DNA of 64,000 nucleotides from Alphaproteobacteria bacterium (GTDB lineage Bacteria; Pseudomonadota; Alphaproteobacteria; JAPOUT01; G958296285): NCBI GenBank assembly GCA_965212115.1, contig CBDBUR010000002.1, positions 689,731 to 753,730 of the forward strand, read 5' to 3'. Shown piece by piece: positions 56,070 to 64,000 of this stretch (position 1 is its first letter; each line of letters starts with the position of its first letter). The notes under the pieces were generated by a model. It saw only the letters and a program-made list of their open reading frames with translations, ran no database searches and was not told where the DNA came from. The position numbers and the translations under genes were made by a program.

Positions 56070-58880
56070 TTGCAAATAATGCCCGATCAAAATCCAAAAA
56101 ACTGGCGACATACTCTCTTCCTACCCAAAACCGATTTCCCCATGAAAGCCGGTTTGCCAAAACTCGAAAAACGCATGCTCGAACATTGGCAAGAAAAAAA
56201 AACCTACCATCAACAACGCAAACTCTCCGCAACACGCGAAAAATTCATCCTCCATGACGGACCGCCCTATGCTAATGGCGACATCCACCTCGGCACCGCG
56301 CTCAATAAAATCATCAAAGACATCGTCAATCGCTCGCAACAAATGCTCGGCAAAAACGCCCACTACATCCCCGGCTGGGACTGCCACGGCCTGCCAATTG
56401 AATGGAAGGTAGAAGAAGACCTTCGCGCTAGAGGTGTCCACCCGCTAGAACTTAGGCGATCCGAACTGCGCAATGCCTGCCGCAAAGAAGCCAAACATTG
56501 GATCAACCGACAGCGCGATCAATTTAAAAGACTGGGTGTGTGGGGTGAATGGGATCGGCCCTATCTGACGATGGCGCCGCAATCTGAAGCGATCATCGCG
56601 CAAGAATTCATCAAATTCGCAATGTCCGGCGCGCTCTATCGCGGATTGAAGCCGGTCATGTGGTCGGTCGCCGAGACAACTTCTCTCGCCGAAGCGGAAG
56701 TGGAATATCGTGAAATCACATCAGACACGATCTGGGTCAAATTCCCGATCACGCAAGGCCAGCATCAAGACGCCCATATCGTCATCTGGACAACAACGCC
56801 TTGGACAATCCCCGGCAATCGTGCAATCGCTTTTTCCAAAACCATGTCTTACGGGCTTTATCAAACCGATAGTGAAAAAATTATCATCGCTGACCAGCTC
56901 GCGCAAAATGTGCAACAAGCCGCAGAGATTAATTCTTGGCAGAGGCTCGTAGATATTGACCCCAGCCAGCTCACCTGCGCGCATCCGCTCAAAGAGATGG
57001 GCTATGATTTTGATGTTCCGGTGCTCGCCGCAGACTTTGTCGATGCACAAACCGGAACCGGCTTTGTTCATATCGCGCCCAGCCATGGCCGCGATGATTA
57101 TGAACTTGGCAGCGCGCATAATATTAAAGTCCCCGACATGGTTAACGAAGAGGGCCACTACACAAAAAATGCCATCGGCTTTACCGGCGAGGCTGTGGTG
57201 AACAAAATTGGCGGCAAGGGTGAAGGCGCTAAAAAAGTTATTAAGGCTTTAAGCGAGCGCGGCGCGCTGCTCGCGCGCGGCAAGCTGCGGCATAGCTATC
57301 CGCATTCTTGGCGCTCAAAAACGCCGGTGATCTTTCGCGCAACGCCGCAATGGTTCATCTCTATGGACAAATATAATTTACGCAAAAAGGCGCTCGCAGC
57401 GATTGAGCAGGTGAATTGGCATCCGCCCAGCGCCCGCAACCGGATGCACGCGATGGTTGAAACGCGGCCTGATTGGGTGATCTCGCGCCAGCGCGCTTGG
57501 GGCGTGCCTTTGACAATCTTCGCCAATCAACACGGTGATATTCTGCGCGATGAAAAAGTCAATGAGCGCATCGTCAAAGCCATCGCTGAAGGGGGATCAG
57601 ACGTCTGGTTTGATCGTCCGGCAGAGGATTTTCTCGGCGGCAAACATGATACTCAACAATGGAAAAAAGTCGAAGATATCGTTGATGTCTGGTTCGAATC
57701 AGGCGCGACCCACGCTTTTGTTCTCGAGAATAATCCAGCGCTGCTTTGGCCGGCCTCGCTCTACCTTGAAGGCTCCGATCAGCACCGCGGCTGGTTCCAA
57801 TCGAGCCTGCTCGAAGCCTGCAGCACAAGAGGCCGCGCGCCCTACGAACAGGTGCTCACCCATGGCTTCATCGTCGATCAGGACGGACACAAAATGTCAA
57901 AATCCGGCGATAATGCGGTTTCGCCGATTTCGTTCGCGCAAGATTCCGGCAGCGATATTCTGCGCCTGTGGATTGCGCGCAGCGATTACGAAAACGATCT
58001 CAGTTGGAGCAAAGAAATCATCACGACAACTAAAGACGCCTATCGCAAATTACGCAATGCGCTGCGATTCACTTTGGGCAACCTTCACGAATTTTCCGAA
58101 AACGAAGCCGTGCCTTTCAACCAGATGCCTTCGCTTGAAAAATTCATCCTGCACAGACTCGCCGAAATCGATGGCCGCATCCGCAAGGCCTATCAAAACT
58201 TTGATTTCAAAAATGTGTCCCAAGAAGTGCTTAATTTTGCAGTCAGCGATCTTTCGTCTTTCTATTTTGATATCCGCAAGGATGCACTCTATTGCGATGC
58301 CGCTTCGTCAATCAAAAGGCGCGCCTGCCGCACGGCGCTCGATAAAATTTTCCTGTTCCTGACAAAATGGCTCAGCCCGATCCTCTGCTTCACCGCAGAA
58401 GAAGCATGGATCTCGCGCTATGGCGAAAATAGCTCCGTTCACCTCCAAACATTCAAACAGCCCGATCAAAACTGGATCAACCAAGAACTCGCACAAAAAT
58501 GGAATGATATCCGCGCCATGCGCAAAGTGATCGTCGCCGCACTCGAAATTGAGCGCAAAGAAAAACGCATCGGCTCTTCTCTTGAGGCCGCGCCGGAAGT
58601 CTTTATCAATGACCCTCAGCTCCGTGATGCAATCTGCGATGTTGACCTCGCTGAAATCGCAATCACTTCGCAAATACAGATCAAAACCGCGCCGATCCCT
58701 CAAACAGCCTTTCATCTTAGCGATGTCCCCAATATCGCTGTCGTGCCCGAACGCGCCAAAGGCCAGCGATGCGCGCGATCTTGGAAAATCCTGCCCGATG
58801 TCGGATCGGTCAGCGCCTATCCCGACCTCTCGCCGCGCGACGCTCTCGCCGTCGCTGAATATGAACAAAAACAGCAATGA
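56070..58880 (+). CDS. ileS: Isoleucyl-tRNA synthetase
   Basis: 936 aa. HIGH-type motif PYANGDIHLGTALN. KMSKS motif (KMSKSGDNAV). Confidence 0.9.
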   Translation: MQIMPDQNPKNWRHTLFLPKTDFPMKAGLPKLEKRMLEHWQEKKTYHQQRKLSATREKFILHDGPPYANGDIHLGTALNKIIKDIVNRSQQMLGKNAHYIPGWDCHGLPIEWKVEEDLRARGVHPLELRRSELRNACRKEAKHWINRQRDQFKRLGVWGEWDRPYLTMAPQSEAIIAQEFIKFAMSGALYRGLKPVMWSVAETTSLAEAEVEYREITSDTIWVKFPITQGQHQDAHIVIWTTTPWTIPGNRAIAFSKTMSYGLYQTDSEKIIIADQLAQNVQQAAEINSWQRLVDIDPSQLTCAHPLKEMGYDFDVPVLAADFVDAQTGTGFVHIAPSHGRDDYELGSAHNIKVPDMVNEEGHYTKNAIGFTGEAVVNKIGGKGEGAKKVIKALSERGALLARGKLRHSYPHSWRSKTPVIFRATPQWFISMDKYNLRKKALAAIEQVNWHPPSARNRMHAMVETRPDWVISRQRAWGVPLTIFANQHGDILRDEKVNERIVKAIAEGGSDVWFDRPAEDFLGGKHDTQQWKKVEDIVDVWFESGATHAFVLENNPALLWPASLYLEGSDQHRGWFQSSLLEACSTRGRAPYEQVLTHGFIVDQDGHKMSKSGDNAVSPISFAQDSGSDILRLWIARSDYENDLSWSKEIITTTKDAYRKLRNALRFTLGNLHEFSENEAVPFNQMPSLEKFILHRLAEIDGRIRKAYQNFDFKNVSQEVLNFAVSDLSSFYFDIRKDALYCDAASSIKRRACRTALDKIFLFLTKWLSPILCFTAEEAWISRYGENSSVHLQTFKQPDQNWINQELAQKWNDIRAMRKVIVAALEIERKEKRIGSSLEAAPEVFINDPQLRDAICDVDLAEIAITSQIQIKTAPIPQTAFHLSDVPNIAVVPERAKGQRCARSWKILPDVGSVSAYPDLSPRDALAVAEYEQKQQ

Positions 58881-59371
58881 ACCCGGCAATCTATAAAAGC
58901 CTCATTGTTGCAGGCGTTGGTTTCGCGCTCGATCAGGCAAGCAAATATGCCATCGCCGCTTATCTGCCGCCGCATTCACGCACAAAACTCCCAATCACGC
59001 CTTTCATGGATTTCGTCCATATTCGCAATAGCGGCATCAGCTATGGCCTGTTCTCCGGAATGGGCCCAGCAGGACGATGGCTGCTCGCCGCGCTGACTTT
59101 AGCCGTGATCGCTATTTGCTTCGTCTGGCTGACACGTCTGCGCGATCGCCTGCGCAGCTTCGCTTTAGGCCTCATCATCGGCGGAGGGCTGGGAAATCTC
59201 TATGATCGCCTCGTCCATAGCGCGGTCATCGATTTTATTTCCCTTCATGCGCTCGGCTATTATTGGTATGTTTTTAACCTCGCCGATATATGGCTAACTT
59301 GCGGCATCATCCTCTTCTTTTGGGCCGAAGTTATCACAGATAAAACAGATAAAATGGAAGCAACATCATGA
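58877..59371 (+). CDS. lspA: Lipoprotein signal peptidase II
   Basis: 164 aa, four TM helices. Conserved FNLADIW.. region. Directly after ileS. Confidence 0.85.
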   Translation: MNPAIYKSLIVAGVGFALDQASKYAIAAYLPPHSRTKLPITPFMDFVHIRNSGISYGLFSGMGPAGRWLLAALTLAVIAICFVWLTRLRDRLRSFALGLIIGGGLGNLYDRLVHSAVIDFISLHALGYYWYVFNLADIWLTCGIILFFWAEVITDKTDKMEATS

Positions 59372-59766
59372 AAAAAAAACCCCTATCTCTATGCGCGCTG
59401 ACTTTTTGTTTGCTCGGAGCTTGCGCCGACCAAGGATTAGGTTTCGGCAAATCGCCGCCTAACGAGTTTCTGATCCTAACCTATCCGCCTTTGACGGTGC
59501 CGCCCAATATCGCCTTGCGCGCGCCCTCAAATCCGAAAGAGGTCGCGCGCACTTCGCCGTCAAATCTTGCTGAACAATCTATTTATGGCCAAACCGCCGC
59601 GCGCGCAAAAAAAATGTCGCCGGGCGAAAAAGCTCTAGCACAGCAGATCGGCGTCGATCAAGCGCTTGCCAATATCCGCGAGCTCATCGCCAATGATGGC
59701 GGACAAGGACTTTACCCGCGCAAGCTCATCAAGAAAATCATTCCCAAACAGGCGCCGCAAAAATGA
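59368..59766 (+). CDS. DUF3035-family lipoprotein
   Basis: Lipobox LLGAC. Sequence ...PPNEFLILTYPPLTVPP... Located between lspA and the M16 peptidase genes. Confidence 0.5.
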   Translation: MKKKPLSLCALTFCLLGACADQGLGFGKSPPNEFLILTYPPLTVPPNIALRAPSNPKEVARTSPSNLAEQSIYGQTAARAKKMSPGEKALAQQIGVDQALANIRELIANDGGQGLYPRKLIKKIIPKQAPQK

Positions 59767-61151
59767 ACCCAATGAGCCCGTTAACCCTTGGGCGGCGTTT
59801 ATTTTTTCTTGTCGGACTAGCGGCGATGGTCGGCTGCGACGCAGCTCAACCCGACTTCTCAGCGCGCGAAACCGAATTATCCAATGGAATGCGGCTGATC
59901 GTCATTCCCGATCGACGCTGGCCGGTCGCAACACACATGGTCTGGTATCGCGTCGGCGCGGGCGATGAACAAAAAAATAAAACAGGCCTCGCGCATTTTC
60001 TTGAACATCTGATGTTCAAAGACGAAGAACATCAGCAAAAAGGCGGATTCACAAAAATCGTCTCGCGCCATGGCGGACGCGATAACGCCTTCACCTCCTA
60101 CGATTACACAGCCTATTTTCAGCGCATCCATCGTGACAAACTCGAACTGGTCATGCAGCTCGAGGCCAGCCGCGCCCGCGGGATCAAAATCTCAGAAGAC
60201 GCCGCCGCCAAAGAACGCGACGTCGTCATTGAAGAATTGCATTCGCGCTTAAGCACAAATCCTCAATCTGTCCTGCGTCAAAAAATGCGCGCCGCCCTTT
60301 ATAGCCCTGCCCATCCCTATGGCCGCGACATCATCGGCTATGAAAAAGACATCAAAACACTCACCGCCAAAGATGCGCTCGACTTTCACCATCAACATTA
60401 TGATCCGTCGCAGGCCGTGATCGTTCTCGCAGGCGACATCGGCTTTGATGAAGCTGAGCAGCTCGCCGAAAAATATTACGGCGATCTCAAGCCCGCAAAA
60501 GATGAACCCCTTAAGCCGCATGGCGATTTCCCTCCCGTCATCAAGCGCTGGTCGGATAAAGCGCATCTCATCCACCGCAACCGAAATGTCAGTCAAGCAA
60601 TCTTTTCGCGCATTTATGCCAACACCAATCGCCATGTGCTCGGCGCACGGCAATCGGCGGGCTTTGAGGTCTTGACCGAAATCCTCGCGGGCGGGCAACG
60701 CTCGCGGCTTTATCGCGCCCTTGTTATTGAGCAAAAAATCGCAAGCTTTGCAGGCGCTTACCTCTCAATCGATGGCCGCGGGCCGGGCGAATTTTCTCTG
60801 CGCGCTGCGCTCGCGCCGCGACAAAAGCAAAATCTCAAAAATCTTCGAAAAATCGAAAAATCCATCGATCGCATTCTGTCTGATCTCAACAAAAACCCGA
60901 TCAGTGAAGCCGAGCTGATGCGCGCCAAAAACCGCCTCATCGCCGATGCCGTCTACATCAATGACAGCCAATATCGCTTGGCTAATTTTATCGGGCGGAT
61001 GATCACCAACGGACATCGACTCGACGAGATCACTACATTGTCAAGTTATATTCGCGCCGTGACGATCAATGATGTCCGGCAGGCCGCGAAATATATGCTC
61101 AACCCCAGCCGCGCAATCAATGGATTCTTACTGCCGGAAAAAACAAAATGA
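59763..61151 (+). CDS. M16-family zinc peptidase (pitrilysin-like), catalytic subunit
   Basis: Inverted zinc-binding motif HFLEHLMFK (HxxEH). 462 aa. Signal peptide. Confidence 0.8.
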   Translation: MNPMSPLTLGRRLFFLVGLAAMVGCDAAQPDFSARETELSNGMRLIVIPDRRWPVATHMVWYRVGAGDEQKNKTGLAHFLEHLMFKDEEHQQKGGFTKIVSRHGGRDNAFTSYDYTAYFQRIHRDKLELVMQLEASRARGIKISEDAAAKERDVVIEELHSRLSTNPQSVLRQKMRAALYSPAHPYGRDIIGYEKDIKTLTAKDALDFHHQHYDPSQAVIVLAGDIGFDEAEQLAEKYYGDLKPAKDEPLKPHGDFPPVIKRWSDKAHLIHRNRNVSQAIFSRIYANTNRHVLGARQSAGFEVLTEILAGGQRSRLYRALVIEQKIASFAGAYLSIDGRGPGEFSLRAALAPRQKQNLKNLRKIEKSIDRILSDLNKNPISEAELMRAKNRLIADAVYINDSQYRLANFIGRMITNGHRLDEITTLSSYIRAVTINDVRQAAKYMLNPSRAINGFLLPEKTK

Positions 61152-62479
61152 AATTAATAAAACCCTTGCTCCTCGTTTTTTGTGTCGGATGTTTGACCGC
61201 TCCCGCACACGCGCTTGAAATCAAAAAAGTGGTGAGCCCGAAAGGCATTGAAGCGTGGCTGGTCGAAAATCACGCTTTGCCGATCATCGCCCTGTCAGCG
61301 GCTTGGGAAAGACCAATCTCACCAAAAATTAAAACCGGCGCGGTCGCCATGATGGCAGCCATGCTCGATGAAGGCGCCGCCGATATGAATTGGGAAAACT
61401 TTCGCGCAAAATTGGAAGATCGCTCGATCAATATGCGCTTTGACGCCGGACATGATGCTGTCTATGGCGAAATGCGCACTTTGTCCGAAAATAAAGACAC
61501 CGCGTTTCGCCTCTTGCGCGAAGCCATCACGCGCCCGCGTTTTGATCGCGCGCCGATAGAAAAAATCCGCGCGCAACTTCTAACCCTCGCTGCGCAAAGA
61601 AATCAAAGCCTGCAGAGCTTCGCAAAAACTCAATGGTATCGCGCCGCGTTCGGCAATCATCCTTATGCTTTCCCCGTCGAGGGACTCGCCAAAGACCTCC
61701 GCGCCATTTCAAAAAAAAACCTCCGCCACCAACATAAAAAAATTTTAACTCAAAAAAACCTGTCGATCGTCGCTGTTGGCGACATCACGGTTGACGATCT
61801 CGCCCAAGCTCTCGATCAAATTTTCGGCAGCCTGCCCAAAGGAGAAAAAATCAAAAAATCAAAAGCAAAAAAAATAAAATGGCGCGCACGTAAAATTTTC
61901 ATCAAACACCAAAGTCCGCAAACGGCGATATATTTTGGTCTGCCCGGCCTCACGCGCGACGATCCCGATTTTATCGCCTATTATGTGATGAACCATGTCC
62001 TCGGCGGCGGCGGGCTGACCTCGCGACTCGCCGTCGAGGCGCGCGAAAAGCGCGGCCTCGTCTATAGCATCGGCACGAGCGCTCTGGCTTTGCGCGCGGC
62101 GGGCTTTATTCTCGGCGCAGCCGCCACCCGCAACAATCGGGCGCAGATCACACAAAGCCTCATCATCAAGATTCTCGCGCGTTTTCGCAAAAAAGGCGTC
62201 AGCACCAAAGCGCTCGCCGACGCCAAAGCCTACCTGATCGGTTCTTACGGCCTCAATTTTGACAGCTCCGTGGCAATCGCGCGCAATCTCACCTATATCA
62301 AGCGCCACAGGCTGGGCATCGATTATGTCGAAAAACGCAACGCCCTGATTATGAATGTCACACAAAAAGATATTGCGCGGCTGACACAAAAATTCCTACA
62401 GCCTGAAAAAATGATTATGATGGTCGTAGGAGGAGATCAAAATTCTCGATCAAAGAATAAATCAAGAGCTCGGAACTGA
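61148..62479 (+). CDS. M16-family peptidase-like protein (second, probably non-catalytic subunit)
   Basis: 443 aa, M16 fold by length and pairing. Lacks a clear HxxEH motif. Overlapping start with the upstream M16 gene. Confidence 0.65.
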   Translation: MKLIKPLLLVFCVGCLTAPAHALEIKKVVSPKGIEAWLVENHALPIIALSAAWERPISPKIKTGAVAMMAAMLDEGAADMNWENFRAKLEDRSINMRFDAGHDAVYGEMRTLSENKDTAFRLLREAITRPRFDRAPIEKIRAQLLTLAAQRNQSLQSFAKTQWYRAAFGNHPYAFPVEGLAKDLRAISKKNLRHQHKKILTQKNLSIVAVGDITVDDLAQALDQIFGSLPKGEKIKKSKAKKIKWRARKIFIKHQSPQTAIYFGLPGLTRDDPDFIAYYVMNHVLGGGGLTSRLAVEAREKRGLVYSIGTSALALRAAGFILGAAATRNNRAQITQSLIIKILARFRKKGVSTKALADAKAYLIGSYGLNFDSSVAIARNLTYIKRHRLGIDYVEKRNALIMNVTQKDIARLTQKFLQPEKMIMMVVGGDQNSRSKNKSRARN

Positions 62480-62549
62480 CTTTGCCGAATGTATCAAACA
62501 CGCACGGCGCGCAGCGCAAAACCTCGCACAGCAATGCCGGTCGGACAAG

Positions 62550-63698
62550 GTGAGACTCATCAGCGAGGTCTGCGAAACCCGCGACATGCAAAGCTTGGCG
62601 CGCATCGCTGAAAACTTCTTGCTCAACCCCAATAACAAGCCTTTGCATGTCGTGTTGACCGGAATCGGCGGCTCGATTTTATCCCCCTATCTATTCGCCC
62701 CTTTTGCCAAAAATAATATCCATGTTCATAGATTGACCAGACCCGATCCGCGCGCGCTGACAAAGCTCCTCGCACAACTTGATCCGCCGCGGGCCCGGTT
62801 TCTGGTGGTGTCAAAATCCGGCGAAACCGCTGAAACATTGTCTTTATTTTTATCGATCTTGGACTGGCTCGAGCAAAAAAAAGCCGCACCGCATCAATAT
62901 GTGATCGCAATCTGCCAAAAAGGCCAGAGCACTCTGCGCCGTCTTGCCAAATCCTACGGCATCCGCACAATCGATAGCGACGCCAATATCAACAGCCGAT
63001 TCTCGCTGTTCACCGCGCTGGGCATGTTTCCCGCATTGGTCATGGGACTCGATGCCGAAGCGCTGCGACGCAACGCACGCCACTGCATCATCGATTTCTT
63101 CGATGCCATCGCTAAAAACGAAGCGCACGATATCTTGACAAGCGTCGCCTTCAATGTTTGGGGCGGCGCGCGCGGTAAAAACATTCACGCAATGATTATC
63201 ACCGATCCAAGACTTAAAGCTTTTAGCTCCTGGTGGCAGCAGATCTTTGCCGAAAGCCTTGGCAAAAACAACAACGCAATCACGCCAATCTGCGCGCAGC
63301 TGCCTGATGATCTCCATATCCGCTTCCAGCTCTATCTCGACGGCCCGGAGGATAAAATTTTCACCTGCCTCACCGGCCTCACACAGACATGCACCGCAAC
63401 CATCAATACGCGCGGTGAAAAAAATCTCTATTGGCTCGAAAATAAACACCTCAGCGACCTCACGCGAGGACAAGAAAAAGTGGCGCTGACCTCTCTCGCG
63501 CGCAACCAGCTTCCAACACGAATTATCAAGATTCCTCAAATAGATGAAACCACCTATGGTGACTTGTTGATGCGCTTCGTGCTAGAAATCCTCGTGCTCG
63601 CGCAATGCTGGAATGTCTCACCTTTCGGCCAGCCCGCCATTGAACAGGGTAAAATCGATCTCGTTGAATTTATGCAGGAAAAAAATGATGAATCATAA
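62550..63698 (+). CDS. pgi: Short phosphoglucose-isomerase-family protein (SIS domain)
   Basis: [14 protein letters not shown] (PGI signature SKSGxTxET). At 382 aa it is shorter than the canonical bacterial Pgi. Confidence 0.55.
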   Translation: MRLISEVCETRDMQSLARIAENFLLNPNNKPLHVVLTGIGGSILSPYLFAPFAKNNIHVHRLTRPDPRALTKLLAQLDPPRARFLVVSKSGETAETLSLFLSILDWLEQKKAAPHQYVIAICQKGQSTLRRLAKSYGIRTIDSDANINSRFSLFTALGMFPALVMGLDAEALRRNARHCIIDFFDAIAKNEAHDILTSVAFNVWGGARGKNIHAMIITDPRLKAFSSWWQQIFAESLGKNNNAITPICAQLPDDLHIRFQLYLDGPEDKIFTCLTGLTQTCTATINTRGEKNLYWLENKHLSDLTRGQEKVALTSLARNQLPTRIIKIPQIDETTYGDLLMRFVLEILVLAQCWNVSPFGQPAIEQGKIDLVEFMQEKNDES

Positions 63699-64000
63699 AG
63701 CTCGGATTCGCCGCCTACCGCAACATCTTGTCAATCGCATCGCCGCAGGTGAAGTCATTGAACGGCCCGCTTCGGTGGCGCGCGAGCTCGTCGAAAATGC
63801 GATCGATGCTGGCGCGCAAAATATCTCCATCCATGTCGAACAAGACGGCGCAACAATCCAAGTGCGCGACAATGGCCAAGGCATGAACACCAACGACCTC
63901 CAACTCTGCACCGAACGCCACGCCACCTCAAAACTCGCCGAAGCCGCAGACCAAAGCACCGATCTGCTCAAATATATCTCAACCTTGGGGTTTCGCGGCG
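63685..64000 (+). CDS. mutL: DNA mismatch repair protein MutL (3'-truncated at window end)
   Basis: [49 protein letters not shown] is the canonical MutL GHKL-ATPase N-terminus. Confidence 0.85.
   Translation, partial: MMNHKARIRRLPQHLVNRIAAGEVIERPASVARELVENAIDAGAQNISIHVEQDGATIQVRDNGQGMNTNDLQLCTERHATSKLAEAADQSTDLLKYISTLGFRG

Noticed and set aside
1-64000. Searched for CRISPR arrays, IS/transposase or integrase genes and long terminal inverted repeats, especially at the T3SS island boundary (~27.9 kb)
   Set aside because: No repeat-spacer arrays were found. No transposase- or integrase-like ORFs. The island's right boundary is a plain intergenic region and the left boundary lies outside the window.

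Overview
A complete non-flagellar type III secretion (injectisome) locus occupies roughly 1–27.9 kb of this window, followed by ordinary housekeeping genes. Most calls rest on reading the six-frame translations against remembered family hallmarks and on gene order, with no database search.

The T3SS part encodes: basal body SctC, SctD and SctJ; export apparatus SctR, SctS, SctT, SctU and SctV; ATPase complex SctK (positional only), SctL, SctN and SctO; an SctQ that appears split in two around an inverted sctV; the needle SctF with small partner proteins; an SctP-like ruler carrying perfect 87-bp tandem repeats; translocators SctE and SctB; two LcrH/SycD-type class II chaperones; several CesT-like class I chaperones; a STAS-domain anti-sigma-factor antagonist; three tandemly duplicated genes for small proteins of unknown function; and an 893-aa effector with the CKSGKDRTG motif of SopB/IpgD-type phosphoinositide phosphatases.

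The remainder (27.9–64 kb) is a conserved housekeeping backbone: glcDEF, rplU-rpmA-obg-proB-proA-nadD, egtB-egtD (ergothioneine), rsfS, etfBA, coq7, a fatty-acid desaturase, acyl-CoA synthetase, carD, fdxA, an MMPL/RND exporter with two partner proteins, ribF-ileS-lspA-DUF3035-M16-M16, a short pgi-like gene and the start of mutL. This gene set suggests an alphaproteobacterial genome (inference only).

Two RNA genes are present: a tRNA-Arg(CCU), and a tRNA-Leu whose anticodon loop is interrupted by a ~245-nt group I intron with recognisable R and S core elements. No CRISPR array, IS element or integrase was seen.
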